Shown here one piece after another: positions 23,953-34,952 of a stretch of 64,000 bases of DNA. The stretch's first letter is position 1; every line of letters begins with the position of its first letter. Made by a program: the position numbers and the translations under genes. Source of the stretch: Lepidodermella squamata (taxonomy: Eukaryota > Animalia > Gastrotricha). The stretch lies in the NCBI GenBank assembly GCA_047495785.1, contig JBLDXI010000075.1:36175-100174 (forward strand). Direction: 5' to 3'. The notes under the pieces are model-generated. The model saw nothing but the letters and a program-made list of their open reading frames with translations. It searched no databases and was not told where the DNA came from.

Positions 23953-24197
23953 CAAGTGATGTTAAGTACCGGATGCTGAACTTCTGACTCCTCCATAATA
24001 ATTTTCTCGCGCCGTCGAACCATTTTTTGTAAATGCTAAAAATAGTAACAAAATCTTCGATATATTGTGATTTGCTGTGAAGCCAAAGCTAAAAATAGAA
24101 CATACTACTATTTTTGGCATTGCAAAAAATGGTTCGACGGCGCGAGAAAATTATTATGGAGATCAGTAGCTCTGCATCCGGTACTTAACATCTCTTG
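23953..24197. mobile_element. 245-bp MITE with 8-bp TSD (hAT- or P-like)
   Basis: Inverted arms of about 90 bp, CAAG...CTTG; TSD tcttcgct at 23945-23952 and 24198-24205. Confidence 0.85.
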
Positions 24198-24392
24198 TCT
24201 TCGCTAATATTTTTAACATCCTAAGAGACTCTTACGGCGACAAACCTTCAACGAGTTTAATTACAATGGTATCAATTCAGTTTCGTTTTTGAAATGAAAT
24301 AATGTTCCTCGCAAGCTATTTTATAGGCAACAATATTGGGAAAATAGGATCAGCCTCCTACTAAGAAATGATAAGAAATTACTTCAAGAAAC

Positions 24393-25767
24393 TTGGATGG
24401 ATACACCAGCCATTACGACTCAGAAACCCGCATAATTAGATTTTTTGGCACGCTGCCGAATAATTCCGAACCAATCGAAGGCGTCAAGTGGCGCTGGCCT
24501 TGTGTCGAAATTCAGATCTTCGAGGATCGCTACACCGAATCTGGTCATTTGAGTGAGATTGTGAACCCTTCTAGGCCAGAGGATTGGGTATGGGCAGTTC
24601 ACTCTAAAAATTAACGATTAATGTTAACCATTTACCATTTATTCATCTAGTACCCTTCAGCTTTGATCTTCCCGCTTGAAGAAGTGGTTTTCGAAGGTTC
24701 GCGAGCTAAAGTCCCAAAACAACTTATGGACGTGGTAGTTCTCGACTTTAATCCAAAATGGTGTGATGCGAGAATATTTCGTTCGAAAAGCGATGCTACA
24801 ATTATGAAAGATGCTCTCGTGCAATGCGAGGAAATCGAGGACTTCGTGGAATTCAGCCTTGATTTCAATGATGTGGACCGGTACTACAAAACACGGGCTA
24901 ATCGTTCATGCGATAGGCACACCGCCGATCCAGCTCTGTGTTTCTTCGATCCTCAGGTAACGGAGATGCAGAAGAGCGAAATTGTCAGGCTTTCCCGAGC
25001 TTGCTACGAGGCCGTTAAAAGCATTGAAGAGGAGGCAGATCATATTCTATATTCTGGATCTTTGATCGGCTACTGGCGACACGGTGGCCACATGATCCCG
25101 TAAACTGCTTACTTCTTCATTAATTTTTCAATGTTTTGCTAATTAATTTATAGGTGGGACGACGATCACGACATAGCAGTTATACCGCGATCGAACCCAG
25201 CGAAACCAGCCGTTTTCTACGCAAATAAAATGATTGATGCAATAAAAATATATGGTGGAAAATACGCAATGTATTTCGATAGGAGACAAATGAAGATGAA
25301 GTGCTATTTGAATGACGAGAATTCACAAGCTGCTCCTGCCAGACCTTCCTTCCGCATTCCGTGGCGATGGCCGTTTGTCGATATCAACATAATGGAGACG
25401 CAATTTTCCAAACGGACTGGCAAGCTGTATAGGGTGAAAGAAGGAGCAGCTCATCCTCAATTCAACGTCTGTTTTGTCACCAAAAGCTGTCGCAATGAAA
25501 CATATTTTCTGTCACTAATTTCAGTATTTGGCCAAATGGATCTTCCCGACGGGGAAAGCGATTTTTGAAGGCGTGGAGGTAAACATTCCGCATGATGATG
25601 AAGAATCATTTTTGGACCGAACCTATACAATTGAAGAATGTGTGGCGCCTTACTACAACCACCGCACTGAAATGAGAGTTGACTATGGAGATCGCGATGA
25701 TAACAAGGGACATCTCAGTAGACCGTGTTCTGAACTATTCCACTTGTATAATTTTACGAATATCTAG
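24393..25767 (+). pseudogene. 5'-truncated LicD-family paralog of 6398-8273
   Basis: Colinear with the first copy from DGY onward with the same intron positions; GSLIGYWRHGGHMIP-WDDDHD intact; no 5' exon found upstream. Confidence 0.75.
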
Positions 25768-26016
25768 AATATTGCAATATAGTCCGATTCAAAACAATAA
25801 CAATATAGAATGAAATATGTACCTGAGAGTCAATCATATTGAAGAGACATTCTGTGACTTTCGAACAGCGGGAAGTTTTATTAAATACTCGGAATGCTTC
25901 TGGCTATATAGTATAAAGAGGATGTATTTTTTCATATACGAATCTGTTTATTGTTTGAAAGGCTGAACATATGGCTGGCAAATGGCTTCCATTATGTCTA
26001 TTCGATGATCGCAAGC

Positions 26017-26089
26017 GCCTCCTTGGCTCAGTTGGCTGTGCGCCAGTCTCATAATCTGGAGGTCGTGAGTTCGATCCTCACAGGGGGCA
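26017..26089 (+). tRNA. tRNA-Met(CAT) with mutated D-stem, possible pseudogene
   Basis: Same as the other Met copies except CTAGAGC changed to CTGTGC. Confidence 0.7.
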
Positions 26090-26215
26090 GCCTTATCATT
26101 TTGGCAATCGGATCCTAATATTTAAAACGAATTATTAATTATTGAAGGTGAATTATTTAAACTTTAAATAATTCACCTTCAACGGGACGCCTTTTGCTAT
26201 TTGATGTTTCAAGCC

Positions 26216-26287
26216 GGCCCAGTGGCCTAATGGTAAGGCGTCGGCCTCCGGAGCCGGAGATTGTGGGTTCGAGTCCCATCTGGGTCG
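26216..26287 (+). tRNA. tRNA-Arg(CCG)
   Basis: Near-identical to the 19827 copy; T-run terminator. Confidence 0.92.
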
Positions 26288-26356
26288 CTACATTTTTTTA
26301 CCTCATGAACATATTGGCTCTACTTCGAAAATCAATGATTGACTCAGCTATCAGCC

Positions 26357-26435
26357 GGCTCAGTAGCTTAGTGCTTATTGGTAGAGCACCTGTCTTGTAA
26401 ACAGAAGGTCACGGGTTCGATCCCCGTCTAGGCCT
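26357..26435 (+). pseudogene. tRNA-Thr(TGT), likely pseudogene
   Basis: CTTGTAA loop; 7-nt duplication GCTTAGT/GCTTATT in the D-arm. Confidence 0.75.
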
Positions 26436-27250
26436 CGACTTCTCTTTTCCCTCAATCATTAGATGCTCAATTAGAAGATGAGAATGGGACCTGGAGTAAC
26501 CACAAGCACAAGCAATTTGTTATCATCACGAAGAATTCGAAATTTTCGAGAATGAATATAGTTATTCTTCCATGGCAAACGTTCATCGTAATAAAACGAT
26601 CAAATGTTTCAAATGTATTAAAAGATTACAAGAGTAGCTGAAATCATAACTGGAATAACCAGCTTCTTGATAAATATCGGTCATTTCGGTTAAACATTTC
26701 AACCATAAAATTGCTGAATTATTAAAGGTTGATAGTGGCGCCTAATTTCAAACCAGTTTCCGCGAGCCAATACGCGTTTTTGTTTGATGAACACTTTCCT
26801 GGAAAAAATGAACTGGGAAGGAAATGGCACAATTAGTGCATCAATCAATTTAAAAAAAATTCAGCTCTTACAATTTATTACAATTTGAGATTTTCCGGGT
26901 AGCACCTCAGTTTACTTACTTTGATTTAATTATTCTATAAGGTAAATCTGCCCGCATTGTACAAACAAAGACGCTGCTGGCATGGAGGATTGAAATTATT
27001 GGTTTCCTGGCACATTCATTGTTCGCGGAAATATCAATAATAAATCAGTGTCATTCATGTAGCTTTTTACATAGGCTATTTAACCAATATCGATCTCCTT
27101 CAATTCCTAACTCACACAGAGAGTATATGTTCAAACAAAAAATCCTGATAGTCCTAGTTATAGTGGGAGAATATAGAGAGCAGACATATCTGGGTAACTG
27201 GGGGCTGCTTTGAAACACTTTTCAGGCTCTAACCGAGACCGGGCATTGCA

Positions 27251-28510
27251 ATGCTGGGATTTATCGTGCTACAATTTTTAGCTTATTCGGCAGCCTTAGA
27301 ACGATTATCCCACCAGCCGGTGTTAATCACTCAACAGGACCTCATCGATTACTGCGGCCTATCTACAGAGGTTCCGAATGCGAAACGAATTTTTAACAAA
27401 ACCTCGACTGAGTCTCAATCAGTGAGTGTTGAATTCATTCTGGACCGGTTCATTGGCATCGATGATCGAAGTGAGACTTTCACGGTGACTGGAAATCTGC
27501 ATTTTCGATGGAATGATACATGTTACTCGGAAGATTTCTACTCGCTCAACAATGCTACAGCTGGGAGCGTAGAAAGCGGCACACGGATTTTTGCGAAGAA
27601 TTGGGAAGACATGTTCCACCCTCGCATTAGGTTGAGAAACAGTATCAAAGACACAGGTAAGCTCAAGACATGTAAATTTCCTAATTTTAGTTATTTTCGC
27701 AGCCATGGTGACTGATTTCAACATATACTTGACGCTAACTAGCTACAACCAAGAACAGCCGCGTCAAGTTCTTATCAGTAATGTCTGGACTTTTTACGGA
27801 AGATTTGAAACAACCTGCAGTCTCGTTCTTACTGAATTCCCATTCGACACGCAGCATTGCAGGATCGAGTTTATCAGCCACAGTAACCTGGTCAATTTCA
27901 CCGAAGCGATTCTTCAAGTGGGATTCATGGGCGATGAGGTATTTCATCAATTTCTGACCTCGCCGGAAATACAAATGAATGTTTTTTCTAGCCTGTTAGC
28001 GCGAACCTAGCTTGGTCATTGCAAGGATCATCTTGTGGAGTAATTCACTCTAGTGCCGACCCTCCTTCACCAACCCTGGCTCTTTTTGAATTCGACGCCA
28101 AACGCCGGCCATCTTACTACGTTTACAACATGTTGCTTCCATGCTTTGTTCTGACAGTCCTAAATATGCTATCCTTTTTCCTACCTGCTAAAATAGTGGA
28201 TAGGTCGACATATTCCATGACTGTGTTGTTAGCCTTGGTCTTCATGCTAAGCCTAGTTTTAGCTAACATCCCAATGACTCCCCAGCGCATTTTTCTGACG
28301 TATTACATACTGATCGAATGTTTGCTTAGCACGGTGTGTACTGTTGAGAGTCTATTGTTGTGTTTCTTTGTTCGAGGAAGCAAATTACGTGCTAACCAGA
28401 AGTATTTCTTGGCTATTCCACTCCACCGGTTCATCGATATTGTTTTCTTTTTAATGATCTTCGCTGTTTTCGCTGCAGTAAACATTCAGGCATTAATTTT
28501 AGCTGCCTAA
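27251..28510 (+). CDS. Divergent Cys-loop ligand-gated ion channel subunit (nAChR/5-HT3-like), copy 1
   Basis: Introns 27657-27702 and 27939-27991; Cys loop CSLVLTEFPFDTQHC; RRPSYY..LPC in M1; four TM helices. Confidence 0.9.
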
Positions 28511-28883
28511 ACGCGGCGAGGCGAGACGACCAAGTCTCCATTAGACAATATTTTTCAGAACTGCAATCAATAACATTTTTGTTCGGTCAAGGTCGTCCGT
28601 GAAATCTTCGAATGTTATATAAATAACAGAAGGTTTTTTCCGCAGAAAGTAAATAAAAACTGAAATAATTACTTCCCTCGTATTCTGAGCTGACAATCTA
28701 GGATGTATCGATTCCTCTTTCAGCAGCTTCCTTTACCGCGAAAAATCTGGAAGGAAAACTTGTTAGCGAGGATGAGAAATCCATCGTATTTGGTTTTAAT
28801 TATTTCCTTTCTTGTTGTAAACTCGTTTCGCAGATGGTAGGAAAACGTTTGAAGTTGAAGTTGAATTTAGTCTTTTCTGGGTG

Positions 28884-30183
28884 ATGTTTCATTTGTTAGC
28901 ATTATGTACCCTGTTTATCGCGCGGCCAGCAGCTTCAGCAATAAGTAGCTTAATGGAGGAGCGATTGACCCGCCGACCTGTACTAATGACATCAGACGAT
29001 CTGATCTACTACTGTGGGCTGACAACCGAAGTTCCAAACTCGATGCAAATATTTCATAAAACCTCGACATTAGCCCAATCTATCCGTGTCGATTTCGTAT
29101 TGGATAGATTCCTCGGTATCGACGATCGAACGGAAACGTTCACGATTAACGGAAATATGATTTTCAAATGGAATGACACTTGCTACTCAGAAGACTTCTA
29201 TCGTTTGAATAATTTCACATCCGGAGGATTGGCAACTGGGACTAAGGTTTTCGCTAAAAACTGGCAGGAGATGTCGCACCCAAGAATAAGACTTAGAAAC
29301 AGTGTTAAAGATTCAGGTATTTACAACTATTATCAAATATGATTTATTTATTAAACGGCATATGCTCAGCTATGGTGTCTGACTTCAACATCTATCTGAT
29401 GATGACAAGCATCAATCAGAAACCACCAGATGAAGTTTTCATTCAGAATACTTGGACCTTGTACGGCCGGTTCGAAACCACCTGCAAATTAGCTTTAAGT
29501 GACTTTCCTTTCGATACTCAAAGTTGCACGCTTGAGATAATAAGCAACAGCTTCTACATCAATGCGACAGAAGCTTCTATAACCATTGGTTTCATGGACA
29601 CTCACGTAAGGTTAACTAGCATTTGCGATGAAACGCCTGATATAATCTTCCTGAGTAGCCTGTAAGTGAGAATTCAGCTTGGACTATGAAAGGCTCGTCA
29701 TACAGCTTGGTGCCATCTCGTACGAATCCACCCACGCCAACTCAGGCGATTTTCCAGCTAGATTTCAAGCGCAGGCCATCATACTACGTCTACAACATGC
29801 TGATACCGAGTTCCGTCCTAACTATTCTCAACTTGTTGTGCTTCTTGCTGCCTGCTGAAGAGGTCGATCGAACTCATTATTTGATGGCCGTTTTGTTATC
29901 TCTGGTTTTCCTCTTGAGTCTCGTGCTAGCTAACATTCCTATGACACCCCAGCGCATTTTTCTCACTTACTACATCTTGATTGCATGTCTACTGTGTACC
30001 TTTTGCATTGTTGAAACTGTAATTTTGTGCTTTTTCGCCGTAAATTACCCAAAAACGGCGAAGAAGTTGATTTTCGGCTCTATTCCGCTTCACCACGCTG
30101 TTGATGCTATATGCTTTTGTCTAATTTTCACCGTGTTCATCGTCATCAACTTTCAAACATTGCAACTGGCGATGCAAGAATGA
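28884..30183 (+). CDS. Divergent Cys-loop ligand-gated ion channel subunit, copy 2
   Basis: Tandem paralog with the same intron positions; CKLALSDFPFDTQSC; four TM helices. Confidence 0.9.
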
Positions 30184-30211
30184 ATCAGAGCATTTGGAAC
30201 CACAAGCCACA

Positions 30212-30670
30212 AGCAGTAGGAATCGGCCGATCCTAAGCCAGCCGCCTCAAAATAAAATTTTCATCTTTTATCATATTCTCCGCAGCAAATCTTCGGCTTT
30301 TCGCATGGGCTCTGCGAAATGCAAAAATCATCACCAACGAGTCAAAATCACCGCCTAGGCATATCCAGCTCAAATTAAATTGAGTTTCGCCAACCATCCG
30401 AATTTTCCGATCTTAAAAATTTGAGAACAGCCTGAAAAGGGGTGCCTTTCAGAACAGCCCCTGAAAATGAAAATTACATCAGATAAGACGTCCTGCTCAC
30501 ACGGATTTCTCCGTTCTGCATTCGCCATTAAAATATATTTTTTCAATAATAAAATTATATGAGAATTATAAAAAACACATTTTTCCGAAAAATTGAAAAA
30601 TATTTGCCGCAGGTTTTTACCCGAATTGTGGTGAATCATCATGCAGGGTTCGAGCTTGTAAGCGTGACTT
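30212..30670 (+). repeat. Left terminal inverted repeat
   Basis: 30212-30533 pairs with 51210-51534, and 30534-30670 pairs with about 49416-49552. Confidence 0.9.
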
Positions 30671-30906
30671 TTCTGAAGCAAAATTAGCTCTGGAAGTATT
30701 CGACAATCCCATGAAATCCTATAAAAGCCCTGATTTTCAGTTTCAGAATCCTGTTCTGAAAAATTCTCAGACAGTGATGCTGGTCAAGGATTTTCACGGC
30801 CTGTGGACATTCGGATAGCCAAGGTATTCCAGAGTTAACTCAGTGAAATATTTGCTAATGATGCTTACATGATGCATACATTCTGATTTTATTCGTACAG
30901 GAAATT

Positions 30907-31509
30907 TTAACGTAACGGGGGAGGATGAAGAAGAGAGACGTGAACATTCATTTCATTCATTTTAAATACATTAGCAGAAGGAAGTTGTGGCAAAATTACA
31001 TCACTTTTCAGACTTATACGAACCCACACATTTTCCTTTTTGTGAGAGAAAATGTTAAAAAACAAGTCAATATTACTGTTTTCACTTCGATCTATTATAA
31101 GATTACGAATAACAGTTTCAAGGTTTTGCAAAACCTGACAAAAGGAAGCAATAGGGGTAACGAGTTCACTTGAAAAAGTTATCTTATTACGATAGCCGAC
31201 TTCTACGCAGTCGTTTACATTCGATAGAATGCTATGGAAATCTCTGAACCACTGAACGAGTCCATCTTCGGCTATACGAGCTTTTTCAATTTTCATAAGC
31301 TCCTTGAGCATGCTTTGATATGAATTTCGCCACTTCTTGATATCAGCAGTCCTGCTAGCGAAGTTGTCAGTAAAGATAATTCCAGTGAACGAATCTTCCA
31401 AATCCACTCTCAAAGAGAGTAAAGCTCGCGTTGTTATCGCATTGGGTTGACGTGCTTCCAGTAACCCCACTAACAAATTCCAAAGCCGGATCAGAATTCT
31501 GCAGCACAT
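30907..31509 (-). CDS. Polinton accessory protein, paralog of 31993-32628
   Basis: LLSLRVDLEDS versus LLRLNVDLEDS; similar length and PPP C-terminus. Confidence 0.65.
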   Translation of the reverse strand: MCCRILIRLWNLLVGLLEARQPNAITTRALLSLRVDLEDSFTGIIFTDNFASRTADIKKWRNSYQSMLKELMKIEKARIAEDGLVQWFRDFHSILSNVNDCVEVGYRNKITFSSELVTPIASFCQVLQNLETVIRNLIIDRSENSNIDLFFNIFSHKKENVWVRISLKSDVILPQLPSANVFKMNEMNVHVSLLHPPPLR

Positions 31510-31675
31510 GAAGAGAAATAACGGTAGACAGCAACAGAACTATTCTAAATAATACAAATCCACACTCATATCATAAATGTTTATATGACGAAGGAGCCTG
31601 TATGATATGAAAGAGAAAGGGGTGCAAGTGTTCATAAGGTGATGTGGGCGTCGACAAGTGACACCATGTTTCATA

Positions 31676-31677
<2 letters not shown>

Positions 31678-31712
<35 letters not shown>
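31678..31712. repeat. (TA)n microsatellite
   Basis: Uninterrupted AT dinucleotide run. Confidence 0.95.
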
Positions 31713-31716
<4 letters not shown>

Positions 31717-31992
31717 TCAGAAGAACTTTCTGTTTCTAAACAAACAAAGTGCTATTAAATAAATTATTATCGTTATTTACAATGATAAGACTTGGTTCGT
31801 AATATGGTTCGTATCAGAATGATTAGCTTCCACGCTGCATTTTACGAGATAAAAAAAAAAAAGAAGGAAACTCAGCTACGAAATGTCCTCAGTTTTAGAT
31901 TGCATGCTCCCTACTTCACACTTCCTTATTACATATATTAGCTACTTGCTCGTTTAGGTTACTTTTAAACCGCTGTTATTATTTACCTTATT

Positions 31993-32628
31993 ATGGAGAC
32001 CACTCCAAGGAACGACGGCGTTACTATCAACATAGATACGAATTTAAACCTTACACCTTACCTTCCACAACTGCTACGTCTGAATGTAGACTTGGAGGAC
32101 TCTGCAATAGCCACATTAACGACTACAGATCCGAAAACCAGAATTGTTCATTTTGAAAAATGGAAGGGGGCTTTAAAAGATATCTTGGAATTACTGTCTA
32201 CTGCTGTCAACAAACAAGAAGCGGCTCAAATCAAGTTCAGCAGATGGATAGCAAGCGTCAAATTTATTCTTCAAGTGGTCAATCTTACACTCGACCGAGC
32301 AATTCAATTGAATCAAACATTCCTCGACAAGGAAATGGGAACTTTCCCCGGACAACTAACACATTTCTTCGGACATTTTGAAAGTTTCATCAAAGATGCT
32401 AAGAAGTGTGAAACTTATTCGTTCTGCGAAGAGACAGGAATATTCATCTGGATGAAGAGAAACATTTTCATGGGTGACCCAACATATGTGCCAAAACTGG
32501 AATGTGTCGTTACAAAGTTTCCTGTTGATAGCCTATTTTCAATAGACGACCTAAAAAAAAGCGTTCAAGAACATGCGGAACGTAGTCTACCACCTCCATA
32601 CACAACCCCACATACAGCTCCTCGTTGA
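31993..32628 (+). CDS. Polinton accessory protein with C-terminal PPPY motif
   Basis: 211-aa ORF, paralog of the 30907 ORF. Confidence 0.7.
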   Translation: METTPRNDGVTINIDTNLNLTPYLPQLLRLNVDLEDSAIATLTTTDPKTRIVHFEKWKGALKDILELLSTAVNKQEAAQIKFSRWIASVKFILQVVNLTLDRAIQLNQTFLDKEMGTFPGQLTHFFGHFESFIKDAKKCETYSFCEETGIFIWMKRNIFMGDPTYVPKLECVVTKFPVDSLFSIDDLKKSVQEHAERSLPPPYTTPHTAPR

Positions 32629-33576
32629 CTCTTCATTTTGATTGTGTTATTGTGTCAATGTGCCATATCATAGCCACGTCTTAATTTTTTGGTTTAAATT
32701 TGAAAATAATTATCATCAATTTAAGTTCAACGCCAGCTTGCAATTATTTTGTGATATTAGCGTTTAGATAAATAATTAAGTCAAGATAAAAGGAAAAGTA
32801 ATAAAAGCATCAGACAGTACTGGGTTGGTGCAAACGAACGTTTTTTCACTTGCAATGAATCATCATAAGTAGAGATAACGGTGCGATTCCGACACCTACG
32901 TGCATGTGGACGCTTGCATTCGCACTCGGTGAAGGTCGGCCGTGATTAATCAATGGCACTCTACCCCGAAGGTAGCCGACCACTCCATCGTGTTAAGAAA
33001 GCGAAAAGTTGCAGATTAGGAGTGTCAGCGAAACTGAACTAATGGCTACCTAGCTACCCCAAAGAGACCCTGCAGGCGACCCCTATGAGCGCTCATTCGG
33101 GGACCTATAACCTCGGCCCATCCATTCAACGAATGAGACGTTTGAAGCATATCAAGGAATTTCCAAATTTTAAATTTGTCACTTATTTCTCGAGGTTAGC
33201 TGTTAAACAAAAAATCAGCTGATAATTCATACGATTCGGACAAATTTAAAAATAAATTCGGCCACAATTTTTAGCCGCAATCAAGGTTAGCCGCAGGTGA
33301 TTTTAATCCGCAAAGTCGGCTGATGATTCGAAACTGTAATCACCGAGTTGGGCTATTCGGTCGATATCTTGCTAAATCTGACTCTGATCTGACAATTTAC
33401 ACTGATAATTCGAACGTTCAAACATTCAAGCTTTCAACCGTTTAAACGTTCAAGCGTTCAACCGTTCAAACGTGTAAATATGCTTGTAAAAGGGCACACG
33501 CCAACGCCTGCGAAGTTCGAACGTTTAAACGTTCAGACTTTCAAACTTTAAAAAATTTTCTGTATATAAGGTAAGT

Positions 33577-33873
33577 ATGTTGAGAACGAAACAAATAAGC
33601 ACAGAAACTAAGGCCAAAATTATTGAAGAATATTTTAAAGGCAAAACCCCTGTATTACAAATTGCGGCCAAATTCAACGTGAGCAAAGGGATGATATATT
33701 ATAATTTACAGAAATGGCTAGGCTCGAATCAAGAATTTAGAGAAAACTCCAGCTATAAGCGTCAGCATGGAGGCAATATTAAGGTGAATTTACTACCCCC
33801 GGAAGAGAATAATCAGTATCCAGTAAAAATTATGTCAATGAATGAAGTTCAGGCGAGAAGAAAGCGAAAATAA
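33577..33873 (+). CDS. Small helix-turn-helix DNA-binding protein
   Basis: ETKAKIIEEY....VLQIAAKFNVSKGMIY HTH signature. Confidence 0.65.
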   Translation: MLRTKQISTETKAKIIEEYFKGKTPVLQIAAKFNVSKGMIYYNLQKWLGSNQEFRENSSYKRQHGGNIKVNLLPPEENNQYPVKIMSMNEVQARRKRK

Positions 33874-33896
33874 ATTTCTCGACAACTTATATAGAC

Positions 33897-34173
33897 ATGC
33901 CAGATACATTCGTAGCGCTGACAGAAGTGATTGAAATGATGGAAGATTATGAAAGCATCCTAGAGCGGTTTAAACAAGAAATTAAGGATATTTCCGTAGG
34001 ATACAGAACGTTAAGTAAACAGTACAGGGAACTCGAAAAGATGAAAAAAGGATCGGAGAAAGAAATTGAGCGAAAATTGTTAGACATGGAAAAAGAGAAG
34101 ATTTAGTTCGAGTCTCTTTATAGCAGCCTCTTAACTGCTAATCAGCAACAAGAAAAACAGGCTGAACTTAGAA
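33897..34173 (+). pseudogene. Nonsense-truncated tandem copy of the coiled-coil gene
   Basis: 366-bp duplication unit; AAG changed to TAG at 34104-34106. Confidence 0.75.
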
Positions 34174-34262
34174 AATAATCAATATCCACTAAAAATTATG
34201 CTGATGAATGAAGTTCAGGTGAGAAGAAAGCGAAAATAAATTTCTCGACTACTAATATAGAC

Positions 34263-34628
34263 ATGCCAGGTACATTCATAGCGCTGACAGAAGTGGATCA
34301 AATGTTGGATGATAATGAAAGCATCCAAGAGCAGTTAAAACAAGAAATTAAGGATATTTCCATAGGATTCAAAGCGTTAAGTAAACAGTACAGGGAACTC
34401 GAAAAGATCAAAAAAGGATCGGCGAAAGATATTGAGCGAAAATTGTTAGACATGGAAAAAGAGAAGATTAAGTTTGAGTCTCTTTATAACAGCTTCTTAA
34501 CTGCTAAGCAGCAACAAGAAAAACAGGCTGAAATTAGAAAAGTAAGTCAGAAAGAGAGGAAAGAGAAAGCAAAGCTCGAAATCAAAGAATTTCTCACTGA
34601 AATGAAAAATCTCAGGGAGAGTATATAG
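34263..34628 (+). CDS. Coiled-coil accessory protein
   Basis: K/E-rich heptad sequence, 121 aa. Confidence 0.65.
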   Translation: MPGTFIALTEVDQMLDDNESIQEQLKQEIKDISIGFKALSKQYRELEKIKKGSAKDIERKLLDMEKEKIKFESLYNSFLTAKQQQEKQAEIRKVSQKERKEKAKLEIKEFLTEMKNLRESI

Positions 34629-34640
34629 TAAAAAATAAAA

Positions 34641-34952
34641 ATGCACGATTCCTGTAGTTACATGGAAGAGATGTTAAGGCATACCAAGGAAATTGTTAAA
34701 GCTGCCCACATCAACAATTTGGAAATGAAAAAGATAGTTATGTATACATGTGTAATCTTTTTGGTGATTATTAGTGGCTACGTTGGACTGAAATTACGTA
34801 AGGAGTATTCAGCTAAGAAGCCTACAATAATTAGGGTGAATAAGGTGGCAGACTCTCAGAATTCGATAAAGGCGACGAGTCCAAAGACAAATTTCGGCTA
34901 TCCTGTTCGGCCGTATGAATATTCAAATGAATTATCGACTTTTTACATTTAA
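34641..34952 (+). CDS. Small single-pass membrane protein
   Basis: Hydrophobic IVMYTCVIFLVIISGYVGL followed by basic residues. Confidence 0.55.
   Translation: MHDSCSYMEEMLRHTKEIVKAAHINNLEMKKIVMYTCVIFLVIISGYVGLKLRKEYSAKKPTIIRVNKVADSQNSIKATSPKTNFGYPVRPYEYSNELSTFYI

Noticed and set aside
30370-30681. ORF in the left TIR and its counterpart at 51164-51391
   Set aside because: Their similarity is explained by the inverted repeat; no recognisable domain
32830-33130. Possible VA-RNA-like or ribozyme ncRNA in the GC-richer non-coding gap
   Set aside because: Only a mismatched B-box-like string and short hairpins; no convincing A box or ribozyme core
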